A stretch of 34,410 nucleotides of DNA. It comes from an uncultured Candidatus Peribacteria bacterium. GTDB lineage: Bacteria; Patescibacteriota; Gracilibacteria; BD1-5; JAGOOR01. The stretch covers positions 1 to 34,410 of the forward strand of contig CAYVZT010000003.1 of the NCBI GenBank assembly GCA_964456455.1. The letters are read 5' to 3'. This document shows positions 1-9,703 of the stretch, piece by piece; within the stretch, counting starts at the first letter, position 1, and the number at the start of each line of letters is the position of its first letter. The notes under the pieces were generated by a model, which was not told where the DNA came from, did not search any database, and saw nothing but the letters and a program-made list of their open reading frames with translations. Made by a program: the position numbers and the translations under genes.

Positions 1-370
1 ATATCATCTTGTCAGCATTGAAGATATAGGAAGCATTCTTCTCTGCAAAGTATGGAAGCATGGGGGTAATCCAGTCTCTCGTAAACTCGGCATATTCTCG
101 GTCACTCTGAATTCCGTCCTGAGGAATATCTTCAAACTTTTCTGTTGTTCCGGTAAATCCTTTCTTTGATTCGACATAATCAATTCAGTAAGGTGGATCT
201 GTCAGCAGTAAGTGTATTTTCTGCCCATCCCGCAGAAGTCTCCTAAACATATCTGGATCACGGGAATCTGAAGAATAGAGGATATGGTCTCCGAGGAGAA
301 ATATATCCCCCTGTGTGACTTTAAAGTCATGATGCAATTTTGATTGCTTTGGTGTTTGTAAGTTTTTCAT
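1..370 (-). CDS. DNA methyltransferase (N4/N6, DPPY type), N-terminal part; runs off the window start
   Basis: ATG at 368-370. 'HLLLTDPPY' is followed by in-frame TGA 185-187, giving DPPYG when read as Gly. The frame stays open to nt 2 ('...EYAEFTRDWITPMLPYF...'). The start overlaps the 3' end of the upstream MTase by 44 nt. Confidence 0.75.
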
Positions 371-1637
371 AGCGTTTGATGATTAAATCGATAAAAATAG
401 GTTCATGCTCAAGGAGAAGAGCAGTTCGTTTCAGTTGGTCGCACGCAATCAGAGTGCTCCCACTCCCTCCGAAAAGGTCGAGAACAATATCTCCAACTTT
501 GGTACAGCGTTTGAGAGGTTTCTCACTGAGTGTTGGTGGTTTTTGAGTTGGGTGTTCGTAGGTACCCACGACAAGCCTTTTTGCGAGCCAGAGGTCGAAG
601 AGGTCGATGATGTCTTCAAGGACTCGATTTCACACGCCTACTTCTTTGTCGAGTATCTCTGTAAGGTTTCTCATATCAGGAGATATGTATGGTTTTCATC
701 TTGATCCGTAGGTACAGGGCTCGTATCCGCGATTAAAAGGACTCTGGGGCGTCGCCGTGATATTATTTTTAAGCCAAAGACACACCCTTCTTGGCTCAAT
801 TCCAAGATCTCGATAGATACTCTGCACTCCTCAAATATTGTTCGGGTCAGACCAGCAAAACACATGGGTATCTGGAGTAGCATGTTTGAGTCAGTTGGTA
901 AATGCTTTTATGAGAAATGTCTTATAGGCTTCTGGAGTTTTGTTGTCATTGGTCTTCTTTCCTCCGTATTGCTTCTTGTTACTCACTCATCCGTTATACG
1001 AAATTCCAATGTTATACGGAGGATCATAATAGAGCATTGGTATATTTCACGAGGCTCATGGGAGTGAATGAATGAGCTTGTCTACATCTTCAGACTGAGT
1101 AGCATCTCAGCACATAATTCTGTGATTTCATAAGGCATAGATGTCTCACATTTTGCTTTGTGGTTCTCATAAGGCTTCGAGTTCTTTTTCCGTCTGAAAG
1201 TTATCCTCCTCGACTCACAACATGTTGTCCCACATGGAAGATAACTCTGAATTATCGAATCAGATATCCAAGAGGAGTCAGACATCGAAATCTTTGAGTA
1301 TTTCGAAATCAAAATCTCAGGTATTCTGATTCAACCTCAAATTGAGCTCACGCTCTCGCTCTAGAGAGAGTGAGAGGTAGAGGACTGGCACCTCCTTCAT
1401 TCCAAGAGCCTTACATGCTTCTAAACGAAAATGTCCACCTATAATAATGTTTTTTCTTTCTGGAAAGAAATTAACAATCAAAGGATCGACACATCCATAC
1501 TTTCGTATACTCTCCATAAGGTTCTGCATCTGGCGTTCCGAGTGTTTCCTCGGATTGTAAGTGGCAGGGTTAAGAATATCTATGGGAACATAGACGATCT
1601 TCTGGCGTAGGTCTGAGACCTTGTTTTTCTGGGACAT
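327..1637 (-). CDS. ParB-like nuclease domain fused to DNA methyltransferase (N4/N6 family)
   Basis: Track ORFs 1317..1637 and 327..569 share a frame. The gap between them translates without TAA/TAG once TGA=Gly. N-terminus 'IIGGHFRLEA' is ParB/Srx-like. 'YYDPPYNIG' is catalytic motif IV and 'DLFGGSGSTLIA' is the SAM-binding motif I. Length is 1311 nt (436 aa). Confidence 0.8.
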
Positions 1638-2139
1638 AAAAGAAAGGGGTAAAAGAAATAAAGACTGTTACATATCTGATATTCGTACGATTTTCCTATT
1701 TTCCTACGACATCTGCTATTTCCTGAAACGTAATAATTCTGTAAATAATTTATTACCTCTGAAGGACAAATAGACACTGTTCAGCAATTCTCCCTACACC
1801 TGATTACCTCTCCATATCATTTGAAGCCTTTCTTGTGAGAACAACAAAAATGTCCCAAGAAAATCTTGAGACATTGTTATATGGGTAATGAGGATAGGAT
1901 TATTCCTCTACCTCTTTACCATTTTACTATGTCAGAACCAGAATATTCAGAGCCTGAGTACCTTGGCAGTATTAAATGCGGGAAAGGACGTAAACAGAAA
2001 ATGAAAATCTATGCAGTTTACAAAAGAATTGCACCTGAGGAGCAGGAAGTGATAGATGTACAAATTCTCAGGATTCTAGGATTCTTATAGTTTCAGAAAA
2101 GTCAGGACGTATTTTATTATTTTTTTTACTTTTTCCCAT

Positions 2140-2304
2140 ATGAAACAACCATCCGAGCAAGAGGAAAAAATCGTTGGTACAGCTCTCTATGAGTTTATTA
2201 AGATACTTAACGAGATAGATTTAGATGCTAAGAATAGAGAAAAAGGCAGTCCTAATGAAATAATCATTAAACGAGGAAGGAAGAAAATCAAAGTGAAGCT
2301 ATAA
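2140..2304 (+). CDS. hypothetical small protein (54 aa)
   Basis: ATG..TAA ORF 'MKQPSEQEEKIVGTALYEFIKILNEIDLDAKNREKG...KVKL'. No recognisable motif and no clear RBS. Convergent with csoR. Confidence 0.3.
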   Translation: MKQPSEQEEKIVGTALYEFIKILNEIDLDAKNREKGSPNEIIIKRGRKKIKVKL

Positions 2305-2314
2305 CTCACGAAAA

Positions 2315-2602
2315 TTACTTCCTCGTCGAAACATCCCAAATGCGAGCAAACTCTTCAACAAATTGCTCACCTTTTTTTGTGTCTTTGTGGGAAAGGTCAG
2401 TTTTCCCACAACAGAGAAGATGATTTTTCATGAGTTCTGTGTTCACTCCTCGAAGAAGACCCATAGCCGCATTGATTTGCTGTCCAATGTCTGCACAGTA
2501 AGCATCTTCTTCTATCATCTGACCAATCTTATCAAGTGTCCCCCGAGTTTTCTTGATGCCAAGAAGGAGTTTTTTCTGGAGTTCTGGATTGGATTGTATC
2601 AT
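2315..2602 (-). CDS. csoR: CsoR/RcnR-family metal-sensing transcriptional repressor
   Basis: Complete 95-aa ORF. 'YCADIGQQINAAMGLL...NHLLCC' supplies the Cys...His-x3-Cys ligand pattern of copper-sensing CsoR (DUF156). It is the last gene of the copA operon. Confidence 0.85.
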   Translation of the reverse strand: MIQSNPELQKKLLLGIKKTRGTLDKIGQMIEEDAYCADIGQQINAAMGLLRGVNTELMKNHLLCCGKTDLSHKDTKKGEQFVEEFARIWDVSTRK

Positions 2603-2619
2603 AAAAAATTTATTTTAAA

Positions 2620-3018
2620 TTAGAGCGTATTGATAGAAAAACTGTACATACCCATTCAGCAGGTTCATGCAATTTTTTTACCAGACTCCGGTGTACCGAG
2701 ATCAATCTCTGTTTCACCAGTTGCAGGAAGAGAGTTTCTGTAGTTGAGTGACCGAATAACGAGCGACGAAGAGCAGTCATACGTACCATTTGTCTTCATA
2801 ACAAGTTTTGTAGGAATTCATCACTGAATAGTGGAAGTCTTTGGTTTGTAACCACCTTTTACATCAACAGTGACATATTGTATACCATTTTTTACTACAA
2901 CATTTGCAGTTTTTTCTATAGTGCCACTAGAGGAACTTGAGTTACTTGGGAAAATGATAAAGAGGGCTATTACTGCCAAGATACCAACGCCAAGCCAAGG
3001 AAGAAGAGATTTGTTCAT
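2620..3018 (-). CDS. cupredoxin-like domain protein with N-terminal membrane anchor
   Basis: ORF 2821..3018 continues through TGAs to TAA at 2620-2622. It reads '...TNGTYDCSSSLVIRSLNYRNSLPATGETEIDLGTPESGKKIAGTCGMGMYSF', and the CGMGM motif Gly is TGA-encoded. Signal anchor 'LLPWLGVGILAVIALFIIF'. Confidence 0.7.
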
Positions 3019-3070
3019 AAAGAGGAAGTAAGCAAATAAATTTAGTAAGAAGTAATTTTAGATAAACCAT

Positions 3071-3571
3071 TTATGAATGGTGATCATCATTTTTTGCTAT
3101 TCACTCTCAATGGTCATTATCAAGAGTTGGAGTTATTACAGAAGCAAGAAAATATGATGTACAAAAAATTAACAGAGAAACAGCAATTGCCTTGCTCAAT
3201 ATTTTCCAGAGACTGAATACTTTTATGTTTTCTTTTTTCTGATACATAAAGAGAGAAACAAGATAACCTAATGGCATTATTGCAACACTTCGCCAAGGTG
3301 AATCCAGAAAATGTTGGGCTCACCCAGAAATCATGGCTGTTCCGATGGAGAAAAATATACCAATAAGAAGAGTTGAAATGGAGCCAAGTTTTTCCATTTT
3401 AATATGTTTTTCGATAATAAGACCTATAAGGAATACCAAAATTCCAGATCCAGCCGTAATAAAGCTACGAGTGGTAGAAAAAAATCCATGACTAATAGAT
3501 CACGAAATGAGACCGATGCCTGCGTATTGAAAAAGTGTAGCCGTATGGCGAGAGAAAAGTGACTGTTGCAT
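3071..3571 (-). CDS. hypothetical integral membrane protein with His/Asp-rich C-terminal tail
   Basis: ATG 3569-3571 to TAA 3071-3073, with four in-frame TGAs. About 4 hydrophobic helices. The tail is '...TPTLDNDHGEGIAKNDDHHS'. It sits inside the copper operon. It is absent from the track because every standard-code fragment is under 60 aa. Confidence 0.55.
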
Positions 3572-3595
3572 AAAAAGAAATAAAAAAGAAATAAA

Positions 3596-4603
3596 TTATA
3601 AGTTAATAACAGGATCAATAAGACCAACACTAGCCAATCCTGAGAGCAAAGCAAATAGACCCAACCCTATCACCACAATGCCTGCAGACTTGAAAAAGAG
3701 AGGAGCATGACGAGACTGGGCAAATCATGCTGACCCGAACGAAAGGAGTGCAAGCATAGGAAATGTACCAAGAGCAAAAGCCAGCATAATAAGTCATCCT
3801 GAAAAGAACGATCCACTAGAAAGGGCAGCTATCTGCATAGCTTGCGTAAAACCACAGGGAAGAAAAAATGTTCCTAGACCAATAATAATAGGAGTAAAGT
3901 ACGTATGCTCGATTTTCCTGAAGAACTGAAATATGCTAGAAGGGAGTGTGACATTACTCTGAGAAAAAACTCAAACCAGATTTAACCCAAGAAGTATCAT
4001 AACAGTAGATGTAATAAGTCCGAGCATGGCAGTAAAGGTCGAGTTAATGCCAATAGCGTGTCATAAAGTTCCCAATACTCCACCTAGCAATGCAAAGCCA
4101 AGAATTCTGCCTGCATGGAAGAGGGTGAAAGTTTTTTTGTCACTCAACGTATCTTGCCCCACTGTTGCAGAAAGTGAGAGAACAAGTCAACCAACCACAG
4201 CCAGACAGCTGGAAACAGAAGCTATAAGACCAATAAGAAAACTTGTAGTGGGCGTTACCTTTCCTCAAAAACCAAAATTGAGAATGCCCGATTTCTGGAG
4301 AAGGAAGAATAGACCAAGAACAATAAGACCGAGAGGTATTGCCCGCCAGATAGTTCCATCTTGTTGTGGTTTTTCTTTAAATTTTTCCTGTGCTAAATTA
4401 TAACCGTAGGATTTTATCTTCTCAGATAAAGCACAAACCAGGTCTTCGCTATTTTCATCATTCTCACATTCGATACATACAGTCTTTTGTTTCAAATTCA
4501 CAGAAGCCTGTTTGACACCATCTTGTTCAATGAGGGTCTCTTCGATGAGGATTTTGCACGAGGGACAATGTGTCCCCGAAACATGAAAAGTATATTGTTT
4601 CAT
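3596..4603 (-). CDS. heavy-metal-associated (HMA) domain fused to DsbD_2/TauE-like permease
   Basis: ORF 4265..4603 ('HVSGTHCPSCKILIEE', a CxxC HMA fold) continues through TGAs as a polytopic membrane domain ('...GTFFLPCGFTQAMQIAALS...') to TAA 3596-3598. 1008 nt. Starts 8 nt after the copA stop. Confidence 0.75.
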
Positions 4604-4611
4604 AGAAAAGG

Positions 4612-6903
4612 TTAGAGTTTTACGTTTCTGAGTCGAAGCGAATTACTGACGACTGTTATGCTTTCAAATGCCATGAGCGCACCAGCAATCGCTGGCGAGA
4701 GAAGGAAACCATACCAAGGGAAAAGGATTCCAGCAGCAATAGGAATACCAAGTGAATTATAGCCAAAAGACCAGATAAGGTTTTGCCAAATGGTTCTCTT
4801 GGTTTTTTTTGCTAGATTGATAGCTTCTGCTACTTTGCCAATATCCCCATTAAGAAGAACAATATCAGCACTCTCAATAGCAATATCTGATCCATCACTC
4901 ATTGAAATTGCTACATCTGCTTGAGCAAGCGCTGGGGCATCATTGACTCCATCACCAATCATGGCGACTTTTAACCCTCTTTTTTGAAGATCTGAAATGA
5001 TTTTTAGCTTGTCTTCTGGTTTCACATCGGTATAGACTTCATCGATCATAAGCTCACGTGCCACAGACTCTCCAGTTTTTTTATGATCACCCGTTGCCAT
5101 GACAATCTTGAGACCAAGCCTTCTGAGTTTTTCAATTTCATCTTTTGCGGCAGGCTTGATGGTATCATGTATCTTTACAAGAGAAATGACTTCTTTCTCG
5201 GTGGCTAGATATATCTCTCTACCACTTTCAAAATGTTTCTCCTCAAACTGACCTTTCACCTTTTCTGATGGTATTCATATTTTTTCTGCTATATAAGCAA
5301 GAGATCAAAAGAAATAGAGTTTTTTTCATCGAGCAGTTAATCATTTTCCAGGGACTTCCTGTATATCTTTAAGAGGAAGAGTTTCTGTCTTAGTCTCCCG
5401 GAGATGCTTCGCAATACTGGCAGAAATGGGATGTCTTGATGACTGTGTCATGCTGTACACAATGGATGCTATATTTTCTTCATTTGAGCTAGTACTAGAT
5501 TGTTTTTTCGGAGAATAAATACCTTCGACAGAAAGCGTATTCTCTGTCAGTGTTCCTGTCTTATCAAAAACAATAGCCTGAACGTGAGCAAGTTTTTCTA
5601 AACTCTCAGCATTTTTGATAAGTATTCCTCTTCGAGCACCAGCACCGACACCTGTAATAATAGCTGTAGGTGTAGCAAGGCCAAGGGAACAAGGGCAAGC
5701 TATAACAAGAACTGCCATAGTGGAAGAGAGTGCGAGAGCAAAGGATTTCGAAAATCCAAAAGTTCCTGGAGCAAAAATCATCCAAGAAGCAAAGGTAATG
5801 ATAGCAAGAGTAAGAACAACATACACGAACACTCCTGAAATCTTATCTGCTATCCGCTCAATAGGAGCCTTTGAATTCTGAGCGTTCTCTACAATCTTGA
5901 TAATATGAGAAAGTGCTGTGTCTCGACTATCTTTTTCTACCTTTATTTTGAGAATACCGTAGAGATTTTGAGTCCCTGAAAAAACCCCGTCTCCCACGAG
6001 CTTATCCACAGGCATAGACTCCCCAGTAAGATTTGACTCATCGACCGTACTTGATCCGCTCATTACTTTTCCATCCAATGGAATACGTTCATTTGGTTTC
6101 ACAATAACAATATCACCAATTTGTACTTCTTCTATAGGTACCTCTATTTCCTTTCCATCCCGTTCAACCAGGGCTGATTTACTCGTTAATTCAGCGAGCT
6201 TCTGAAGAGCTTCATTGGTTTTACGCTTAGCTCGTGTTTCGAGGAGTTGTCCCAAGGCTATGAGACCAATAACGACGATAACAACATCGTAGAAATTCGA
6301 ACGAACATCAAGGTAAGGCGTTAGAGGTTCTTCAAAGGCTGTCACAATAAATGAATAGAGAAATGCTACCATTGTTGAGATGCCCACGAGAGTATCCATG
6401 TTTGCTGTTCTTGTCCTGATAAATAGTCCAACTGCTCGTATATATTTTCTTCCAATGCCAAAAAGGACAAAAGATGCAAAGATGGGCATGAGATGGTGGA
6501 AAAATTCATACCATGTTTCAGACATCTCACCAATTATCTTATTATCCGAAAGAACTTGCCAGCCCATCATAAAGAATGAAAAAAGGATCATCGGTACAAC
6601 AAATCTCATTTCAAATGTCATATGCTCTTCATTGCCATGATTGTGCATATGGGAAGTTGTTTTTTCTTCGGAATGTTTATGCTCAGAGCTTTCTCATTCT
6701 CCTAGGGAATATGCGAAAGGGGTAATAGCAGAATTAAGGTCTTGCATAGGCAAAATCTTATCCGAAAAAACAACTGTAGCTTTTTCAGAAGCAAGACCAA
6801 CAGAACAGGATTCCACTCCTGGAATTTTAGAAATCTTCTTTTGGATAAGGGAAACACAGCTAGCGCAGTGCATGCCTTTTATTTTATAAGTCTTTGTATT
6901 CAT
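4612..6903 (-). CDS. copA: copper-translocating P1B-type ATPase
   Basis: Track ORFs 6694..6963, 5341..6648 and 4612..5259 are one frame, joined by TGAs at 6694, 5341, 5326, 5305 and 5275. Motifs: N-terminal HMA 'GMHCASC', 'CPC' ([13 protein letters not shown]), 'DKTGTLT', 'VPGKG', 'MATGDH', '[10 protein letters not shown]'. Start chosen at '[10 protein letters not shown]'. Confidence 0.93.
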
Positions 6904-7150
6904 ATTTTTACCTATACCATAGGTGTAGGTAATAGTATAATAATAAAATACAAAAGCAAGCAATTTAAAAAAGCTCTTTTTTTAAGTGTGCCATTTGTCC
7001 CATTTTAACTATAATTGGTTCTAGACCCGTTAGGTCAACCATAATAAATCAATCTGTCTTCGAACCACTCACTTTGTTCGGGTTGACTCCGAGACCAGAG
7101 CATTGGTCTCGTCCCCCTCATCACCAACCATTCCTCCACCCATGCTAAAT

Positions 7151-7176
7151 AAAAGACCCACGTACGTGGGTCTTTT
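7151..7176. terminator. perfect 26-bp palindrome (hairpin with A/T flanks); bidirectional terminator or operator
   Basis: aaaagacccacgt|acgtgggtctttt. GC-rich 7-bp core stem GACCCAC/GTGGGTC with loop GTAC, an A-run upstream and a T-run downstream. It lies between divergent copA and the SAM-MTase. Confidence 0.4.
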
Positions 7177-7228
7177 TACACCATATTCTTGTACAAAAAT
7201 ATATCCGTCTATACTAAAGAAAATTATC

Positions 7229-7822
7229 ATGTTCTCTGGAAGCTACATACTCGATACATTATTTTTGGTATTTTGTATTTCAGTATTTTCATTTTTCTCA
7301 CTAGCACCCTGGTCTCCTACGCGAAAGATAGATTTTGAGAGAATTAACAAAATCCTGAAACTCAAAAAAGGAGAGAAATTTCTCGACATGTGATGTGGCG
7401 ATAGCCGAGTCGGACTCTATCTCGCAAAGAGAAATCCCAAAGCTCATATCGTCGGTATCGAACTCTCCCCTATACTCTACCTCATATCAAAGATACGAAT
7501 ATGGTGGAGTGGCTTACAAAATATAGAAGTAATCTACGGGAACGCACTCCATCAAGCATTAAAAAAATATGATGCTATATACATATTCTGACTTCCAGAA
7601 ACTATTCATAAAAAAGTAGTGCCAAAACTCAAACAAGAAACAAAAAAAGATATACGCTTTATCTCCTACTCATTTCGTACGACGGATAATTTTTTCGAAG
7701 AAACAAAACACACTCACACAAATCAAAGCAATATCTATGAATATAAAAAAAATAATTTTGATTCTTCTTTGTGCTCTATGACAATTCTGAAAGTAGATTT
7801 TCGAGATCGAGTGGTTCGGTAA
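7229..7822 (+). CDS. class I SAM-dependent methyltransferase with N-terminal TM helix
   Basis: ORFs 7103..7393 and 7619..7822 share a frame. TGA 7391-7393 completes motif I 'FLDMGCGDSRVGLYLAKR'. A second TGA gives 'YIFGLPE'. Start taken at ATG 7229 (MFSGSY...); an upstream in-frame ATG at 7142 is possible. The 3' end overlaps the convergent VOC gene by 47 nt. Confidence 0.75.
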
Positions 7823-8255
7823 CCATTTCGACTTTCCCATCGTTTGATACTTTCCATGCTTCACGTGGTCTATCACAGTAGAGCTCGACGCCGATATTAT
7901 CTGGATCACGGAGATAGATTGCCTCAGATACACCATGATCGCTCGCGCCACCGAGAGGATATCCTGCATCGATGAGTCGCTTCAATACTTTCGCGAGCTC
8001 CAGTCGTGATGGAAATAAAATAGCAAAATGATAGAGCCCACTCGTGCGAGGAGGAGGCGGTGGTACACCCTCACCTTTCCAAGTGTTGAGTCCGATGTGA
8101 TGATGATATCATCCTGCAGAGAGAAATACTGCTGAATCACCATAGTGCATCGTTACTTCAAATCAGAGTATGTCACGATAAAATGAAAGTGAACGATCAA
8201 TATTGGCAACAGTGAGATGCACGTGTCCAATCATGGTGTGTGGATGGAGAGTCAT
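7776..8255 (-). CDS. VOC (glyoxalase/bleomycin-resistance/extradiol dioxygenase) family protein
   Basis: ORF 7776..7985 extends upstream through two TGAs to ATG 8253-8255: 'MIGHVHLTVANIDRSLSFYRDILGFEV...FLSAGGYHHHIGLNTWKG...'. Both TGAs sit on family-conserved Gly (ILGF, AGGYHHH). Confidence 0.85.
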
Positions 8256-8280
8256 GGAGAAAGTATAGAATTATTTTAGA

Positions 8281-8313
8281 AAATAAAAATACCTCTCAAA
8301 AATGGAGAGGTAT
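8281..8313 (-). terminator. rho-independent terminator after the H1-like gene
   Basis: 9-bp perfect stem ATACCTCTC/GAGAGGTAT (8289-8297 and 8305-8313). On the minus strand it is followed by TTTTATTT. It lies 22 nt downstream of the TAG at 8335-8337. Confidence 0.5.
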
Positions 8314-8334
8314 AATTTTTGAAAAAAGGAAGAA

Positions 8335-8475
8335 CTATTTCTTCTTTTTAGCAGCAACTTTTTTCTTAGCTGGTGCTTTTTTCTTAGGAGCAGCTTTAGC
8401 AGCTTTCTTAGGAGCAGCTTTCTTAGCAGCTTTCTTAGGAGCAGCTTTAGCAGCTTTTTTCTTAGCGAATGCCAT
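8335..8475 (-). CDS. histone H1-like Lys/Ala/Pro-rich small basic protein (46 aa)
   Basis: 'MAFAKKKAAKAAPKKAAKKAAPKKAAKAAPKKKAPAKKKVAAKKKK'. The DNA shows a ~21-nt imperfect tandem periodicity (gctcctaagaaagctgctaa-). The track ORF 8335..8580 starts too far upstream in AT-rich spacer. Confidence 0.7.
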   Translation of the reverse strand: MAFAKKKAAKAAPKKAAKKAAPKKAAKAAPKKKAPAKKKVAAKKKK

Positions 8476-8738
8476 AGAAAAAGAATTTAAAAAAATAAAA
8501 AACGAACGTAAAAAAATTGTATATATTTCTCTATTTTTAGCATTAATTAATACCTTTTCAAAAATCATATTCATGTACATACATATAATAAAAAATTATA
8601 AACAGATAATTCAAAAGATAGAGAAGATGTGATATGTAAAAAGAAAAATGAACCCTTATATAAAAAAATAAATTATTTCAATATTAAAAAAATAAAAAAT
8701 AAAAATATTTTTTGAGAAATTATTTTTCGAAAAAGAAA

Positions 8739-9512
8739 TTATTTTTTCGGCGGAAAAGGAATGAGAATACTCGTACGACGTATATATTCCGAGTATCATT
8801 CTCTCCCCTTCAGATGCTCTTCTAGAAGAGGTATTCAGGTGACATATATAATCAGATAACTGAGTAAGATTGGACTCAAAATTCATATCATACTTTCGAT
8901 ATTTTGTATACTCATCAGATACAAACTCCACCACATAAGAAGCTCTCAAAAATAGTTTGGATGACGAGAATATTTCCACAGTCATGACTGAATTATTTTT
9001 CATTTATTCTTCGGATTACGACGAAATTCTGCCATCTGCTTATCTGCGAAAAATTCGCATAAGAATCAAATAATCCAGAGTATCGATCCTACGATAAATT
9101 GTGGAGACAGAGAGATATTTTTTGTAAATAAAAATAAAAAAGGAAGAGAAATAATTGCGATAAAAAATCACTGCAAAAGAAAAATAAAAAAATATGATTT
9201 CACAAAAAAATATTTTCACCACGAAGTACGAAATGCCGCATAACGAGAATCTTCGCCATGACGCATGAGTCTGAGAATAATGTGATAGACGAGGCGGAGA
9301 GACCAGATCATCACAAACACGAGTGGCAGAAGTGCTATGGAAGAAGGAGAGAAAAAAAGAAAAAACATGAATGCTATAATCCCATACGAGAGTCACCACA
9401 CCATATCGACAATATCTGTTCGACGAAAAAACAGAGCAACACAATACCACGATGTCATCCAGAAAAAAAGTACGATGCAGAGTGTGAGAAAAATTGGGAG
9501 CATATAATACAT
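8739..9512 (-). CDS. DUF1295 / steroid 5-alpha-reductase-like membrane protein
   Basis: ORF 9393..9617 continues through about 10 TGAs: '...[38 protein letters not shown]...YVTGIPLLEEHLKGREGYSEYIRRTS...'. RHPNYFGE and VTGIP are family signatures with TGA-encoded Gly. Start taken at 'MYYMLPIF' (9510-9512), stop TAA 8739-8741. Confidence 0.8.
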
Positions 9513-9578
9513 ATTAATAAAGAAACAAGGATATACGATTTTTTCACACAAACAAAAATACAAATAAAAAATGATTCT

Positions 9579-9682
9579 GTCATTCCGAGCGAAGTGAAAC
9601 GAAGCGTGGGAATCCATGTGTCGGTATTCTAGAGATTCTCACGGTGCTTGTGCCCCATATTTTCTCAGCACCTCAGAATGAC
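9579..9682. repeat. pair of head-to-head short intergenic repeat units
   Basis: Unit 1 is 9579-9615, gtcattcCgag...gggaatcc. Unit 2 is 9632-9682 on the opposite strand, gtcattcTgag...gtgagaatctc. Termini GTCATTC (9579-9585) and GAATGAC (9676-9682) are inverted. Non-coding gap between DUF2177 and DUF1295. Confidence 0.5.
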
Positions 9683-9703
9683 GATACAAATTCTAAGAAA
9701 TAT

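Noticed and set aside
1-2314. Calling the left end a prophage or mobile element
   Set aside because: ParB-MTase fusions are suggestive, but no integrase, transposase, terminal repeats or phage structural genes are visible in the window. It is kept only as a hypothesis in the findings.
8240-8632. 130-aa plus-strand ORF with 'FLGAALAAFLGAAF' repeats
   Set aside because: It is the reverse complement of the K/A/P-rich H1-like gene. The minus-strand reading has a proper ATG, a TAG stop and a downstream terminator.
8656-9003. 115-aa minus-strand ORF 'MKNNSVMTVEIF...'
   Set aside because: It is out of frame with and fully overlapped by the DUF1295 gene, whose [8 protein letters not shown]/VTGIP motifs are read in another frame of the same strand. 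Its C-terminus runs into AT-rich spacer (FYFFNIEIIYFFI).
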